NCBI GenBank assembly: GCA_964016885.1
Contig: OZ024742.1
Span: 93,682,001 to 93,746,000 of the forward strand
DNA from: Eledone cirrhosa
Taxonomy: Eukaryota
Direction of reading: 5' to 3'
DNA length: 64,000 bases
Part shown: positions 1 through 13,224 of the stretch, piece by piece
How the letters are laid out: each line of letters begins with the position of its first letter
How positions within the stretch are numbered: the stretch's first letter is position 1
Program-made: the position numbers and the translations under genes
Notes under the pieces: model-generated
The model's database searches: none
The model's input: the letters and a program-made list of their open reading frames with translations, nothing else
Told to the model about the DNA's origin: nothing

Positions 1-80
1 ATCATCACCATAAAGACTACCACCAATACCATTGTCAACATTGTCATCATAATCGTCATTGTCATTGCTAATAACACTGC

Positions 81-121
<41 letters not shown>

Positions 122-551
122 TGATTTCTTTATCGGCCACAAGGGCTGACATCAAGAAAACATTACAGACGGTACAGGACGGTACAAGTCGGTACAATGT
201 GGGTTTTGTTTGTGTAAAGATTTTTATTATTTATATAAGAAAAGAAAAAGAAAAAGACATAGAAACATATATATATATAAACAATAATAATAATAATAAT
301 AATAATAATAATCATCGTCAACACCACCACTATAATTGTCATCATCGCCATAATCATAACTGTTATCATGGTCAACACCCTCAGTGTTCTGGATATCATT
401 ATTGTCATCATCTTCATAGCTAATATCATCATCAACATCACCATTATCATACCTATCATCATTGCCATCACCGGCATGGGCCCTACTATCTCCATGTTTA
501 CCGCTACCAGACCCCACCTATCTCACCCTCCAACCAACTATCGGCGTCATT

Positions 552-585
<34 letters not shown>

Positions 586-860
586 ATTATGCATGTCATC
601 TCCATCATCATCACTACCACAATTATCATCTTCATCATCATCATCATGAATATCATCTCCATCCTTACCATCTTTATCATCATCATCACTAGCATCCTTA
701 TTCTGCATATCGGTATCACCACCACCACAATCATCACCACCACCATGATTATCATCATCATCACCACCACCACCATGATTATTACTATCACTACCACGAT
801 TCTCACTATCACCAACACCAACACCATCACTACCACCACCACCACCATCATCATAATTAC
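1..860. repeat. (CAT/AAT/CAC)n trinucleotide low-complexity tract
   Basis: Runs of atc/aat/acc triplets; they explain the poly-I/H/T/N ORFs. Confidence 0.9.
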
Positions 861-1377
861 TCCGATCTCTATGATTACTCTTCCCTCCCCCCCAACTTCA
901 CCCTCCCTCCCAACAATCCTACCCTTCCAACAAATCCTTACCCCCACCAGTCACACCCTGCCTAACTCTAGTCTCAGCCCCTCCCTCCAGTCTCAGCCCC
1001 TCCCTCCCTCCCACTAATCATATTCAGTTGTTGTTTATATTCTTAAGATTGTTATCTGAGATGTCATTGAAAAGTTGTCAAATATTGGGACTAATTTGTT
1101 TCTTGTTAATTTTTAATATTTCATCAGCATTTCATTTCTTTCCTCTATTAATTCTTCTTTCTTTTCTTCTTTCTTTCATTTTTTCACTTCATTTAATTTA
1201 ATTTTATCTTTGTCTTTGGTGGTGGACGGCTGTTGGGTTGGCCTAGGCTGTTATGTTTCGCCTCCTCCAACTGACAAGAATAAATCATTATGATAACTGA
1301 AAAGTCTAATGGTTTTTAATCATTGCCTGCTCATCACCAACAATGACAACACATTCCATTATCTCACACAGACAGGT

Positions 1378-1378
<1 letters not shown>

Positions 1379-1416
<38 letters not shown>

Positions 1417-1458
1417 GTAATAGTAATAATAATAGTAATAATAATAGTAATAAAAATG

Positions 1459-1506
<48 letters not shown>

Positions 1507-1850
1507 GTAGTAATAAAAATACATCTAGTACTGTCAGTAATCGTAATAGTAATAATGATAATAATGTTAATATTAATTGTAATAATGATGATGGTAATAA
1601 TAATAGTAATGAGGGTAGTAAAATTATAGTAATAGTAACAATAACGACAACAACAATAATGAATATAGGATAATAATGATAAAAGATAATAAAAATATTA
1701 ATGATGATGATAGTTATAATAAAATAGCAATCATGGTGGTGGTGCTGATGGTAGCCATGTCAATGATGATGATGATGATGATGATAATTGTGAAGATGAT
1801 GATTATGATAAAGCTGATGATGTTGATGATGATGGAGATGATAATAACAA
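1379..1850. repeat. (AAT)n/(GAT)n low-complexity tract
   Basis: Visible triplet repeats. Confidence 0.9.
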
Positions 1851-2964
1851 CAGCATTTAAGCAGAAAATAAGCAGGATAAGATTGTCAGGGGAGAACAGG
1901 AGATGATTTATAAATTCATGAAACACTTTTGAGAATTTATTATTTTTGTTTTTCAATTATTTAGCTGAGAATTATAGACCACTCCCATAGCTTTTGGACG
2001 TAGTCCTACCTTAACTGATGTTGTTATTGATGTGGTTGATGTTTGTCTCAAACTTCTCTTGATTGATATCTCTATGGAAGGCATAAGATGGGGGCAAGGA
2101 GGTATTTCCATACAACTACAGTGTCTATCCTTTTAAAAGATGGCAGTGTATGATGTGAAAGTGATTTGGTTGCTATTTCTAGCAGGTCAAGTGACCAATG
2201 TTCAGCCCTCCCCCCTCCCCCATCCATAGTTGGTGGTGATTAGTTTTAAGTCAGCCCTGATCGAGCAGAGCCGTCAGCAACAGCATTCAGCTATGACCAT
2301 CCTATCGTTTTCTTATATATGTGAACCCCCAAACCACATTATCCAATAAATTCGTTTCTAAGATTGTGGTGGTATGATTTGAGGAAGATTGCACTGCTAT
2401 TTCTAGCAAATCAAGTGACATGTATAGGCCCTCATATTAAGAGATAGGGGAAAGTAAGTAAAAGACAACCCACTGGAAAGACATAATTGTTTCTATTTTT
2501 GGCACAAGGCCAGCAATTATACCAGTGTATTACTGGTACTTTATTTTATCGACCCCATAAGGATGAAAGGTAAAGTTAACCTCGAAAGACATAATGATGG
2601 CACATTTTAACAGAGAAACATGAAGTTAACTAGGTTTGTAGAGTAGATTAACCCTACCTATGGTACATAGGCTATAAACACACTAAGTAAGTGATTTCGT
2701 TATATATTCTTTCTCTCTACCTTTCTTTCTCTAATAACTGTACACTCACGTATTGGAATAATTATAAAAAGAGAATTAAGGCTGAATTCGTTGAGGATAT
2801 ATATAATTCTTTCTTTCAGTTCCATGTTAGTTGGAATTGTATACTCAAGCCTTTTCTGCCAATGCTTTGCTTGTGTTAAATATTTTCTTCGAGACACTAA
2901 TATCTACATGTCATTAATATGACTAAAGCAGAAACAATTAATATGACTAATTATACTCTATGAA

Positions 2965-3280
2965 TTGGTAGAATTGTTAGAACATAGGATAGAATGCTTT
3001 GTGGTATTCTTTCCGCCTCTTTGCTCTCTGAATTCAAATTCCGTCGAGGTCAAATGTGCCTTTTATTTATTCGGTGTCGATAAAAAGGTACCAGTCTAGT
3101 ACGGGGTCGATTCTTACTCTATATCTCTTTCTGATTTCCATTCTCCCACTTTCTATCTTTCTCTGGAAGAAATCTACTGTAGTCAGGCCTGGAGACGGAT
3201 GGGCTCCTCCACGCTTAAAATGCCCTCGAAACGCTGTATGTCAATACAGCACCAGTACAACTCCATCCGGAGTTACGTAG
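2965..3280 (+). mobile_element. Degenerate tRNA-head SINE with a distinct tail; related copy at ~23240-23550
   Basis: B-box-like gaattcaaattcc, core gtcgataaaaaggtaccagt, tail cctggaga...actccatc.g.agtta shared with 23470-23550. Confidence 0.5.
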
Positions 3281-3560
3281 AAGAAAAAAGAAAAAAAAAG
3301 AATATAAATAATTATACTTTACGAAGGTTTTTATAATTCACTTGCACAACAGGTATAAGGAAAAATACCTCACATAACATCCTCGTTTTTTTTTAAAACC
3401 AGACAAAATAACTATATTTTACTGTCTCACAACTTTTCTAATGTGCATTTTTTTTTTTCTAAATAAAATTTTGCAAAAAGACATTTATACATTATGTAGA
3501 TTATGATTAAGTCGATAATTTTTTTAAATAATTAATTTCATTTAAAAAATAGTTTTATTT

Positions 3561-3770
3561 GTGGACTGGCAGTTTCGGTAGAGCGTCAGACACCATGCTT
3601 TGCGACATAGAGTCGTGGCCCTTTACGTTCTTAAGTCAAATCCCGCTGAGGTTACCTTTACCTTTCATCCTTACGAGGTCGATAAAATAAAACACCAGTA
3701 ATACACTGAGGTTAATTCAATCGAGTTTTCCCTCCCTCCAATATTGCTGGCCTTGTGCCTATAGTAGATA
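3561..3770 (+). mobile_element. tRNA-derived SINE (family A)
   Basis: tggcagtttcggtagagcg A-box, aagtcaaatccc B-box, core cctttcatccttacgaggtcgataaaat. Confidence 0.85.
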
Positions 3771-3916
3771 TTGCTTTCATTTACTGAATTATTTTAAAAA
3801 ACTTTATTTCATTTTATTTCTCGTATTTTATCGATGTTGTATAACAAATATATAAGATTAAATAGAATTCCATACATATAATCACTTAATTATTGCTAGG
3901 AATCTTCTAAATATAA

Positions 3917-4093
3917 TTGTTTCTACTTTAGGCACAAGGCCAGCAATTACCCAGTGCATTACTGGTACTTTATTTTATCGACCCCGTAAGGATGAAAGGC
4001 AAAGTCAACCTCGACGGGATTTGAACTCAGATCGTAAAGGGACGTAACTATGCTGGAAAGCATGGCGTCCGACCCTCTACTGATACTGCCAAT
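3917..4093 (-). mobile_element. tRNA-derived SINE (family A)
   Basis: Reverse complement of the family A consensus seen at 9339-9519. Confidence 0.9.
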
Positions 4094-4169
4094 AAAAATA
4101 TATAATCAAAGCGGAAACAAAAAACATCAATTCAACACTAATTGCATGCTAATTGCATGAATCGGTCAC

Positions 4170-4355
4170 ACGCCACAAGGGTCATCGGAAATTGCAACCC
4201 TATGATTGGTGATAGCAAGGCTACAGTGCTGAAACAACCAAGCACCATCACGGGCACCATCTGACACCTCGGTATGGTAAGTCGCTAACGATGACAACAA
4301 TTTTGCTGTCAGCGGTCCAGCTCCCGCAAACATCTCGAACGTCACAGGCTGGGAG
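4170..4355 (-). pseudogene. Divergent CRE-like non-LTR retrotransposon 3' fragment
   Basis: Hand translation PVTFEMFAGAGPLTAKLL...GAWLFQHCSLAI aligns with PLAVETSGVLGPRATSLL...LEWLFQRVSFAA of 51528-52082. Confidence 0.5.
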
Positions 4356-4406
4356 AAATGGTTTACTGATTATATGTTTGTGTTTTATATTTATAAGGTA
4401 GGCTAA

Positions 4407-4621
4407 GGGCGGTGGATTGGCAGTATCGGTAGAGGGTCAGACGCCATGCTTTTCAGCATAGAGTTACGGCCCTTTATGATCTGAGTTCAAATCCCACCGA
4501 GGTTAACTTTGCCTTTCATCCTTACGGGGTCGATAAAATAAAGTACCAGTCACGCACTGGGGTCGATTTAATCGACTTTGCCCTCTCCCAAAATTGCTGG
4601 CCATGTGCCTATATAAGAAAC
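4407..4621 (+). mobile_element. tRNA-derived SINE (family A, long form)
   Basis: gggcggtggattggcagtatcggtag head, gagttcaaatccc B-box, ctttgcctttcatccttacggggtcgataaaataaagtaccag core. Confidence 0.9.
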
Positions 4622-4644
4622 CATTATACCTTCCAGTATCGGAA

Positions 4645-5505
4645 GGTATAACGGTGGACAGGATGGAGAAGGCATTCCCGCGGAGGACGGCAAGGGAGAC
4701 GCGCTGGAAAAGCCACTCCAACTCGCGGGGACACACCTGCGGCTGGCCAGCTCAGCGCCTATGGTGTTGAGTAGGGAGGTAGCCCTGAGGATGAGGACAC
4801 CAAAAGTCTCATCTGCCAGGGGTACAACCACAAACCTGTCGGAGAGCGACCGGTATTTGAGGAGCTTGGCCTTCTCAGCCCGACGTGCAGCAGAACCTGG
4901 GTTAGTGGCAGACTGCACAAGGTTGCGGCTTCAGAAAGTGTCGGTGCAAGTAGCATCCAGACGAGGGGCTGGCCACCGCAGAGCGGAAAGATGGTCATGC
5001 CATCTGGCCTTTTCCCGTCCCCTCGGTCCAGCCCCACCTGCTCGAGCTGGGAAGGGAATCCTGCAGCATAGAAGCCATGCTTTATGACCTCGTTGAGGGC
5101 AGCATGGCGTGGAAGGCGGCCGGCACTGTGGCGACAGGAAAGCGGGAGGAGGCCGAAAGAGTCCACGGTGGAACCGCAGCGACATTGGTGTGGCTGGCAG
5201 ATCCGGAGGCCGAGCCTCAAGGAACCGCCGATGCGCAGGCTATTGTTGTCTAGCTGCGTGCCAGTGAAGGAGGGCAGGGCATGGAGCCAGGCACCACTGT
5301 GGTGTTTGGAGGCCGCAGGAAAGCAGGCAAGGCGGTGCTGGTCGAGCTGGTGCGTGAGCCTGTCTGAGGCCAGGCTGCACTGGATGGCAGCCCAAGTGCT
5401 TTGGGGGGTACTTGACGTCAACAGGGGGTAAAGGAGGAGGGACGTCTACTGGGCTAAGTTCCAGCCGGTCCCACGTCTCACAGGCGTTCTCTGAACACAG
5501 AGGGT
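4645..5505 (-). mobile_element. CRE-clade non-LTR retrotransposon fragment (zinc knuckle + restriction-like endonuclease), frameshifted
   Basis: SGAWL..LP, C-x-C...SC, RH..LN, KRPDG, DATC, KY, WLFQR...RGNA motifs; closely similar to 51560-52420. Confidence 0.85.
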
Positions 5506-5510
5506 TATAT

Positions 5511-5685
5511 GTTTCTACTTTTGGCACAAGGCCATCCATTATACAGTGCATTACTGGTGCTTTATTTTATTGACCCCGTAAGGATAAAAGGCAAAGTTAA
5601 CCACGGTGGGATTTGAACTCAGATCGTAAAGGGTCGTAACTCTATGCTGGAAAGCATGGCGTCCGACCCTCTACCGATCCTGCCA
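5511..5685 (-). mobile_element. tRNA-derived SINE (family A)
   Basis: Reverse complement of family A. Confidence 0.9.
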
Positions 5686-6454
5686 TAATCAGAATAATGT
5701 CATAGATTTCCTACGGGTCATTTCTACAGCTATGAACTGCAAAAAATAATTTTAGAAATTTTGTTTTAAATTCCATCAACATACCATAGAAAGCATGTTA
5801 ATTAAAAAAAATTATGAAGAAATATAATTGAGGGAGGCGTACTAAACACGTTATGCCTAGCAGATAGATATGTGGTTTTGTTGACATAAATATTTCCTAT
5901 AGTAAACAGGAGAGGAAAAAGAAAAAAATTAAATAATGAAAAGGCGGGAGAGAAGAGCTGATTCTAAACCTTTGGCTTAGCGATATATCAGAGCTGCGCA
6001 CCACGGACATGATGGTGGAAGTATTGCCATGGAGAACTGTCAGCGACACCAATGGGATTCCTTCTGCATTCCACTCAGATTGTTTAAATGTTATTTTTTC
6101 TACGTCCGCTCACACACATTAATTTGGCTAATCATAGCGTGCAACTTCATTGATTTTCTTTCTCTCTTTTCTTTTCTTGTAAGCGGGCTTTCGACTAATT
6201 ATTCGACTGTGTGTAAATAGTACAATAGCGGGTTTGGTTACTTCTTGCGTTACGTGTTACCTATTTCAGTAAAGCATAACTTCAGTTTACTGATCAACCG
6301 GACCACGATTTCCTTTTCTTAATAATTCACAGTTGAAAAAATTACAATATAATGCTTACAGAACGAAAACACAAATACATATAATATATACAAATATAAA
6401 CGCATAAAAGAGAGATAAAAAAGAAGAAAAAAAGGAGGGGCAATTCACCAAGTA

Positions 6455-6650
6455 CAAAGCCTAAAATTTTGAGGAGAAGAACGTCGATTAAATCTACTCT
6501 AATGTGTTAATGGTACTTTATTTTTTATTTTATTGACCCCCGTAAGGATGAAAGGCAAAGCTAACCGCGGCGGGATTTGAACTTAGAATGTAAAGAGCCG
6601 TAATTGAATGCTATACAAGCATTTTTGCTGACATCAATGATGCTACCAAT
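6455..6650 (-). mobile_element. Older SINE family A copy
   Basis: gacccccgtaaggatgaaaggcaaag...gggatttgaact; a further degenerate copy follows to ~6860. Confidence 0.7.
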
Positions 6651-7069
6651 CCCCTTAATAGCGATTTCTAAATTAGGTACAAGGCGTACAAATTTCGGGT
6701 CAGGGAAAGTCGATTTAACCGACTCAGTAATTGATTGATAAATGCTTTTTCATCGGCCCCGGAAGAATGTCCGGCAACGCTGGAATCGGTGGAACTTGAG
6801 CAAACGCAGAAAGAAATGGCACAAAACATTTTCTTCGAGGTTTCACTGATTTTGTCAATCCCACTACCACAACATTCTTAATAATGTATATTTTTCAATT
6901 AAATTTTACAAATACGTTTTGTTGATAACATTTTTGTTGATAACATTTTCTCGCGATTCATAGTTGTAGAAATAATTTTGTAATACTTTCATTATTGTAT
7001 ATATTTCTGTTGATTAATGCTTTCATTTACTGAATTCTTTGGATTTGTGGTTGTAGTAGGCTAAGCGTA

Positions 7070-7237
7070 CCGTATTTCCCGGCGTCGAAGACGCTACTTT
7101 TTTCCTAAAATAAGTCTAAAAAATCTACCAGGCGTCCAGGAGGCCGAAGGTAGTTTATTAGATTTTTTCAAATTTTTGGTTGTCAAAATTAGGGTGCATT
7201 CTCGAGGGCGAAGCGTCTTCGGCGCTGGGAAATAAGG
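7070..7237. mobile_element. pogo/Tc1-mariner-type MITE
   Basis: ~26-bp TIRs ccgtatttcccggcgtcgaagacgct / agcgtcttcggcgctgggaaataagg with TA on both sides (7068-7069, 7238-7239). Confidence 0.8.
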
Positions 7238-7539
7238 TATTCTCGGGAAATGTTTTACTATCCCTTTCAGTTTTATGTCGATAAAGAATAATATCAATCA
7301 TGATAATGTTATAGTAAAATAATATTTCTTCAGCTATGTATTGTGAAAATGAAAACAAACATCGACACAATCGTAATCAACACAGTAGAAAGCGTATTTC
7401 TGCACAAATTTCATTAAAAAATATGTATTATTAAGAGAGTTATTGAGAAACAAATCGCGATGTATGCACTAAACTAAAATTATAACTTCAGTAGCGGTAG
7501 TAGTGTTTATTGTTTCACTTATTTATGCTGCATTATACA

Positions 7540-7665
7540 TCCCTTTACGATCTGAGTTCAAATCCCGCCGAGGTAAACTTTGCCTTTCATCCTTACGAGG
7601 TCGATAAAATAAAGTACCAGTAATGTACTGGGTGATTGCTGGCCTTGTGCCAAAAGTAGAAACAA
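7540..7665 (+). mobile_element. 5'-truncated SINE family A
   Basis: B-box, core and 3' end ggccttgtgccaaaagtagaaac. Confidence 0.85.
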
Positions 7666-8244
7666 TTATTACTAAGATCAGTGACATCGCTAAACTCATC
7701 AACACTACTTGATTTTAAATACAGGTTAATGGTTAAAAGTACAGCTACATCCGCTATCTCATAGTTCTTTTTATTTTGTGGGTCATTTTTCTCTAACTCA
7801 GGCCATAACTTATTGTACCGGTCATTAAAACCAGCAATGGTCATGTTTCTAATACGGAGTAAAAGAGAGAAGGGGTCTCCATGATAATTCTTTTTCAGGG
7901 ATTTCGGCGTTTGTATGGGCTGTGGAATCAGGGCTGACGCAAGACACCTTGGCAAGGTTAGACTCTGGCGCCACTCACCCCCGGGATAATATCAATTTCA
8001 AAGGATGGCCATGGCCCGCACCCTAATAATCATATTTTTCTCACCAAACCAGCAAAACACACATCTATTTGAATATGCGCTACAATTTATGTATATGTTA
8101 TGTAGAGACAGATGAGCGAGATAGATATTACTACTCTGGAGTTTCAGCTGCATACTCACCTCACAAGACAGGTGTTCCTGTGAGTGCGCAGGTGCATCTT
8201 TAGAGTAACATAACTCACCAATAACCATAATAAATGAATGTGTA

Positions 8245-8260
8245 TTATATATATAAATAT

Positions 8261-8326
<66 letters not shown>

Positions 8327-8357
8327 GTATATATGTATATATATATATGTATATATG

Positions 8358-8420
<63 letters not shown>

Positions 8421-8421
8421 G

Positions 8422-8477
<56 letters not shown>

Positions 8478-8479
8478 AG

Positions 8480-8511
<32 letters not shown>

Positions 8512-8603
8512 TATATGTATATAAGTATATATATATATATGTATATATATATAAATATATACATATATATACATATATATATACATATGTATATGTATAT
8601 ATA
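8245..8603. repeat. (TA)n/(TATG) microsatellite
   Basis: Direct reading; source of the YIYI ORFs. Confidence 0.95.
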
Positions 8604-8605
8604 AG

Positions 8606-8903
8606 TTGGTAAATATCATCTTGGTTAAGAGAGCGGGACTGGCTTTGTTCAGTGCTTTTGCTCACTATAAAAGCTTTACGGCACAGGCATTGCTTTATAT
8701 CTGGAGATCTCTCTGCACTTATCGTCACATGGTACCATGGGGCAAGCACTATGTGTCAATAATTGTTACAAGTGTAGTGTTTGTACCAGAGTTTTCAAGT
8801 CGCTGGCTGGACTAAAATGTCACACTCGTTCAGCGCATCGGTAGAGGTTCTCCTACATGGATATAAAGTAGTGGCCGTACTCGAAAACGAGTTGGTAGTC
8901 ACC
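8606..8903 (+). mobile_element. RTE-derived short non-autonomous element, 5'-truncated
   Basis: Near-identical to 42908-43205 and to 60981-61277 (rc); contains [23 protein letters not shown] and a tail hairpin ctcg-aaaa-cgag. Confidence 0.8.
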
Positions 8904-8904
8904 A

Positions 8905-8967
<63 letters not shown>

Positions 8968-8973
<6 letters not shown>

Positions 8974-9315
8974 ATACTTGGGGAGGGTCATATTTGTGTA
9001 ATATTGCCAGAATTAATAACAGAACATACTCACTGTTTGGTTGGTTTTCGCTTTTCGCTTCTGTGTCTTTTATATTGGTAATCTAATTTATTCGGTCCTC
9101 AATGTTGCCATTGACTGACCAAAGGTAAAAAATAATACAGATACAATATAGACACAAACACATATATATAGTTTATCAAAGTTCTTTCGTTGCACATCTG
9201 CAACATCGTCAGTGGTGCTATTGTTTCCTCCCGTTACATTGTATGTCTACGCCATTTTTATTTGTTTCGACACACTATTTCATATAAAAAACCTCGCAAA
9301 ACTAATTCATCGCTG
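8968..9315. repeat. Dispersed repeat, probable PLE terminal fragment
   Basis: 8968-9258 is the rc of ~45420-45723, 9262-9315 is a direct copy of 45727-45783; flanked by (TA)n. Confidence 0.7.
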
Positions 9316-9338
9316 TTATATATATATATATATATATG

Positions 9339-9519
9339 GTGGATTGGCAGTATCGGTAGAGGGTCGGACGCCATGCTTTCCAGCATAGTTACGTCCGTTT
9401 ACGATCTGAGTTCAAATCCCGCCCAGGTTGACTTTGCCTTTTATCCTTACGGGGTCGATAAAATAAAGTACCAGTAATGCACTGGGTAATTTCTGGCCTT
9501 GTGCCTAAAGTAGAAACAG
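9339..9519 (+). mobile_element. tRNA-derived SINE (family A)
   Basis: Complete head, core and tail, embedded in (TA)n. Confidence 0.9.
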
Positions 9520-9561
<42 letters not shown>

Positions 9562-9586
9562 ATATATATAATATATATATATATAT

Positions 9587-9648
<62 letters not shown>

Positions 9649-9663
9649 CATATATTATATATA

Positions 9664-9694
<31 letters not shown>

Positions 9695-9719
9695 CATACA
9701 TACATATATACATATATAC

Positions 9720-9766
<47 letters not shown>

Positions 9767-11080
9767 CATTATCTATAAAAGGCAGATTTTTGTGTCTGTA
9801 TGTATGTTTCAATTTTATACATTTACACAATTCCAAAAATATTGAATGAATAATTAAGCAGAATGTTTACAAATATTCTAACTTGGGTCATGGGCGAACT
9901 TATTGGCTAAAAAATGCCCCAATTACGGAAAAATCGATTTATTTCAACAATCGATGATTTCTCCTCTCTCATATTATATACGTTTCCTATATCTACTCCC
10001 TTCATCACCTCCCATTAAAATTGCTACCTTCTCTTATAAGTGTTTGTGAAAAAGAGAAACATTGAAAAAAAACATATACACACATATATGTGGGTGCATA
10101 CACACACATATATGTTGGTATGGTTACGATTGACGTCATAGAAACAGGAACGCGGGAATTTCAATCAATCAATGCATACATAGTTTGTTTTAGAAATAAC
10201 AATAGCATATTATGATAAAGAGGGATCATTATCTATATAATGATAAAGAGGGAAAGAGAAACAAACAGACACACTAAAATACGGATATATGTGTGTGTGT
10301 TTGTATTAGCGCGTTCAAACTCCATTTCGAAGCTGACTTTCATTTACTAAACTGTAAGTTTTTCAATCGGCCTTACACTTTCAAACTATATTTTTCTGTA
10401 TAAGTAACTTTAACCCTTTATTTTCGACACACATACATACAAAAACCTGTAAAGTTTTTTTGGGGGCCTTTCTTATCAATCTTTTTACATTCAATTATCA
10501 GTCTTATACTTTCAAAGTCAATTTTTATGTTGAAGTAACTTTCAACCTTTAATACATACATAATACATACATACATACATACATACATACATACATACAT
10601 ACATACATACATACATACACACATACATACATATACACACATACATACAAATACCTGTCACTTAATTTACACACACATCGGCCTTACACTTTCATACATA
10701 CATACATACATATACACACATACATACAAATACCTGTCACTTAATTTACACACACATCGGCCTTACACTTTCAAACTAAATTTTTCTGTAGAAGTAACTT
10801 TAACCCTTACTTTTCGACATAAAAATACACACATACATACAAATACCTGTAAATTTTTTTGGGGGGCCTTTCTTATCAATCTTTTTACATTCAATTATCA
10901 GCCTTATACTTTCAAAGTCAATTTTTATGTTGAAGTAACTTTCACCCTTTATTTTTCGATACCCATTTACTTACTAACATTTGTATCACAACAACAATAA
11001 CAATATTCATAAACAGACAGTAGACTTTAAAAGTCAATTTTTCTGTAGAAGTAACTTTTACCCTTTCTTTTGGACATAAA

Positions 11081-11827
11081 ATGCCACCTAAAAAGAGAAG
11101 TCGCCTCAGTCGACATACCGCGTCAGCAGTGGCGGAAAAGGCTACTATACCAAACGAGTCCTCTGAGGAAAATGCTTCAAGACTTTCACAGACAGCCTTA
11201 TGTTCAGCAGAATGTCGAGCCGCTGAAAGTTTCCAACAGCGCACCGCACGCCTAGCCAAAATGGCTTCATACCAGGCTTCTTCCAGGGCTTCAGAGAGCC
11301 GTGAACAAAGGTCGAAGCGCCTGGCTAGAAACGATGCGACTAATGCTGCTTCCAGGTCTTTGGAACGTTTAAAACAACGGACGGCTCGCCTTCCTACGAA
11401 CGCTGCGGCTATGACTACTTCCATGACTTCTGAAGATGCAGATGGGCGGTCCATTAGCATTGCAAATGTTGCTTCTGCTATTGCTGCCAGACCTTCCCAC
11501 CAACCACACGACCAATGTTCTACGTTCAAGCGTAACAGTCGACGGCGAGAAGCTGCACGCGGTATGACGAGCCCCAACAGCCCTTACTGGCACCTACGGG
11601 CTTTCAAGTATGAGCAAAACGTTAATTACTCGATGCGCTCTGACATAAATATAGGCGAGATGCGCTTCAATTGCCAATTCTGCAATGCTACAAAGTGGGC
11701 TGGGGAGCCACCTGCAATGTGCTGCTTAAACGGTAAGGTCACCTTGACCCCTCTTACGGAACCGCCAGAGCCTTTGAAGGAACTACTGACTGGTTATACC
11801 TCAAGGTCAAACAAAAAAAAAACCTGA
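11081..11827 (+). pseudogene. Helitron RepHel N-terminal region
   Basis: ESREQRSKRL-type motif and CQFCNATKWAGEPPAMCCLNGKV Cys motif typical of RepHel N-termini; truncated. Confidence 0.75.
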
Positions 11828-11847
11828 TCCCCCCAATAAAAAACGAT

Positions 11848-12900
11848 CCTGGGGGTACCGGAAAAACTTTTGTAACGAATTTGATTCTCGCTAAGATTCG
11901 TCAGGAGAAAAAAGTTGCGTTGTCCGTTGCATCGTCCGGGATCGCTGCTACTTTGCTGCCGGGAGGCAGGACAGCACATTCAACCTTTAAACTCCCTTTG
12001 GATTTAGTAAAAACTGAGACACCAACATGCAATATCAGCAAGAGTTCACACAAAGCTATGGTTCTCAAAATATGTTGCCTCATTGTTTGGGATGAGTGCA
12101 CAATGGAACACAAGGGTGCCCTTGAGGCATTGGACAAGGCCCGGAAAGACATTAGGGATTCTACGGCTCCTATGGGTGGCGTAACCCTTCTGCTATCAGG
12201 GGATTTTCGGAAAACGCTGCCTGTCATCCCCAAATGGACAAGAGCTGATGAAGTGCGTGCCTGTCTTAAGTCGTCCATGTTGTGGCTCCAGGTGAATAGT
12301 TTGTACCTGAGCACACATATGCGTGCTCATTTGCATGGTGACAACATGTCTGCAGCACAGAACATTTTCGCACTTGGTGAGGGCAAGATCGCTACGGATG
12401 ACAAGGGCGGCATAGCAATCGACACCCTGTGCAACATTCTGACCTTTGGGAAGCAGTTTTTCATAATGTCTCATCTAACTTTAAACACCTCGATTGGCTC
12501 AGCGAAAGAGTCATCCTTGCTCCGAAAAATACCATGGTTAATTTTATTAACGAGCAGCTGATTGAGAAGATTCCCGGTAAAGAGCACATCTTTAAATGAG
12601 ACCCCGACGATATCGTTAATTATCCGGTTGAGTTATTAAATCTCCTTGAGCTCCCAGGGCTCCCACCTCACATTATTAAGCTTAGCGTTGGCTGTCCCAT
12701 TATGCTAATAAGTAACTTGCGTCCACCAAAGCAGTGCAACGGTACTCGCATGGTCGTCAAGTCACTGACACCCACTTGATTGAGGCCACCATTGTAACGG
12801 GGTGCGGAAGAGGGGAGAATGTTTTCATTCCAAGGATGAACCTTTTCCCCTCGGCGTCAGATATCCCGTTCGATTTCCGGCGATCACAATTCCCGGTCTA
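11848..12900 (+). pseudogene. Helitron PIF1-family helicase fragment
   Basis: PGGTGKTF (Walker A), ASSGIAATLLPGGRTAHS, IVWDECTM, GDFR, GLPPH, CNGTR, QFP motifs; frameshifts and stops. Confidence 0.9.
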
Positions 12901-13127
12901 CTAAATTCGCTATTGGAAGATTATTAACCCATCATTGATTGACCAAAATGCTAATTGGTTCGTAACTTTTAATAACCGGTTCAACTGCTTTATGCACTTA
13001 ATTGATAAGCTTTATTCACTTTCAAACCACGTTTACCTGTATGTAACTTTTCATAGCAAATGAACAAACCCGAGCAACGCCGGGCTAAACTGCTAGTATA
13101 TTATATATATATAAATATATTATATAT

Positions 13128-13224
<97 letters not shown>

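Larger units (their letters stand above)
10226..13096 (+). mobile_element. Helitron, internally deleted (non-autonomous)
   Basis: 3' hairpin cccg-agcaacgc-cggg (13069-13084), then CTAG|T at 13093-13096; candidate A|TC 5' end at 10226/10232; subterminal tandem repeats 10366-11070; RepHel fragments. Confidence 0.85.

Noticed and set aside
118-1956. ORFs rich in I/H/T/M/N/D
   Set aside because: Translations of trinucleotide microsatellites in multiple frames; no domain signal.
4407-4500. SINE heads as tRNA genes
   Set aside because: They have A/B boxes but no complete cloverleaf and continue into SINE bodies.
7593-7955. 120-aa minus-strand ORF
   Set aside because: Runs into a SINE and has no recognisable motif; cannot be supported as a gene.
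7998-9849. YIYI-repeat ORFs (also at 13060, 44283-48866, 60773-61102)
   Set aside because: (TA)n microsatellite artefacts.
10366-11070. Repeat-spacer-like pattern (CRISPR-like)
   Set aside because: Degenerate Helitron subterminal tandem repeats; no unique spacers or cas genes; eukaryotic DNA.
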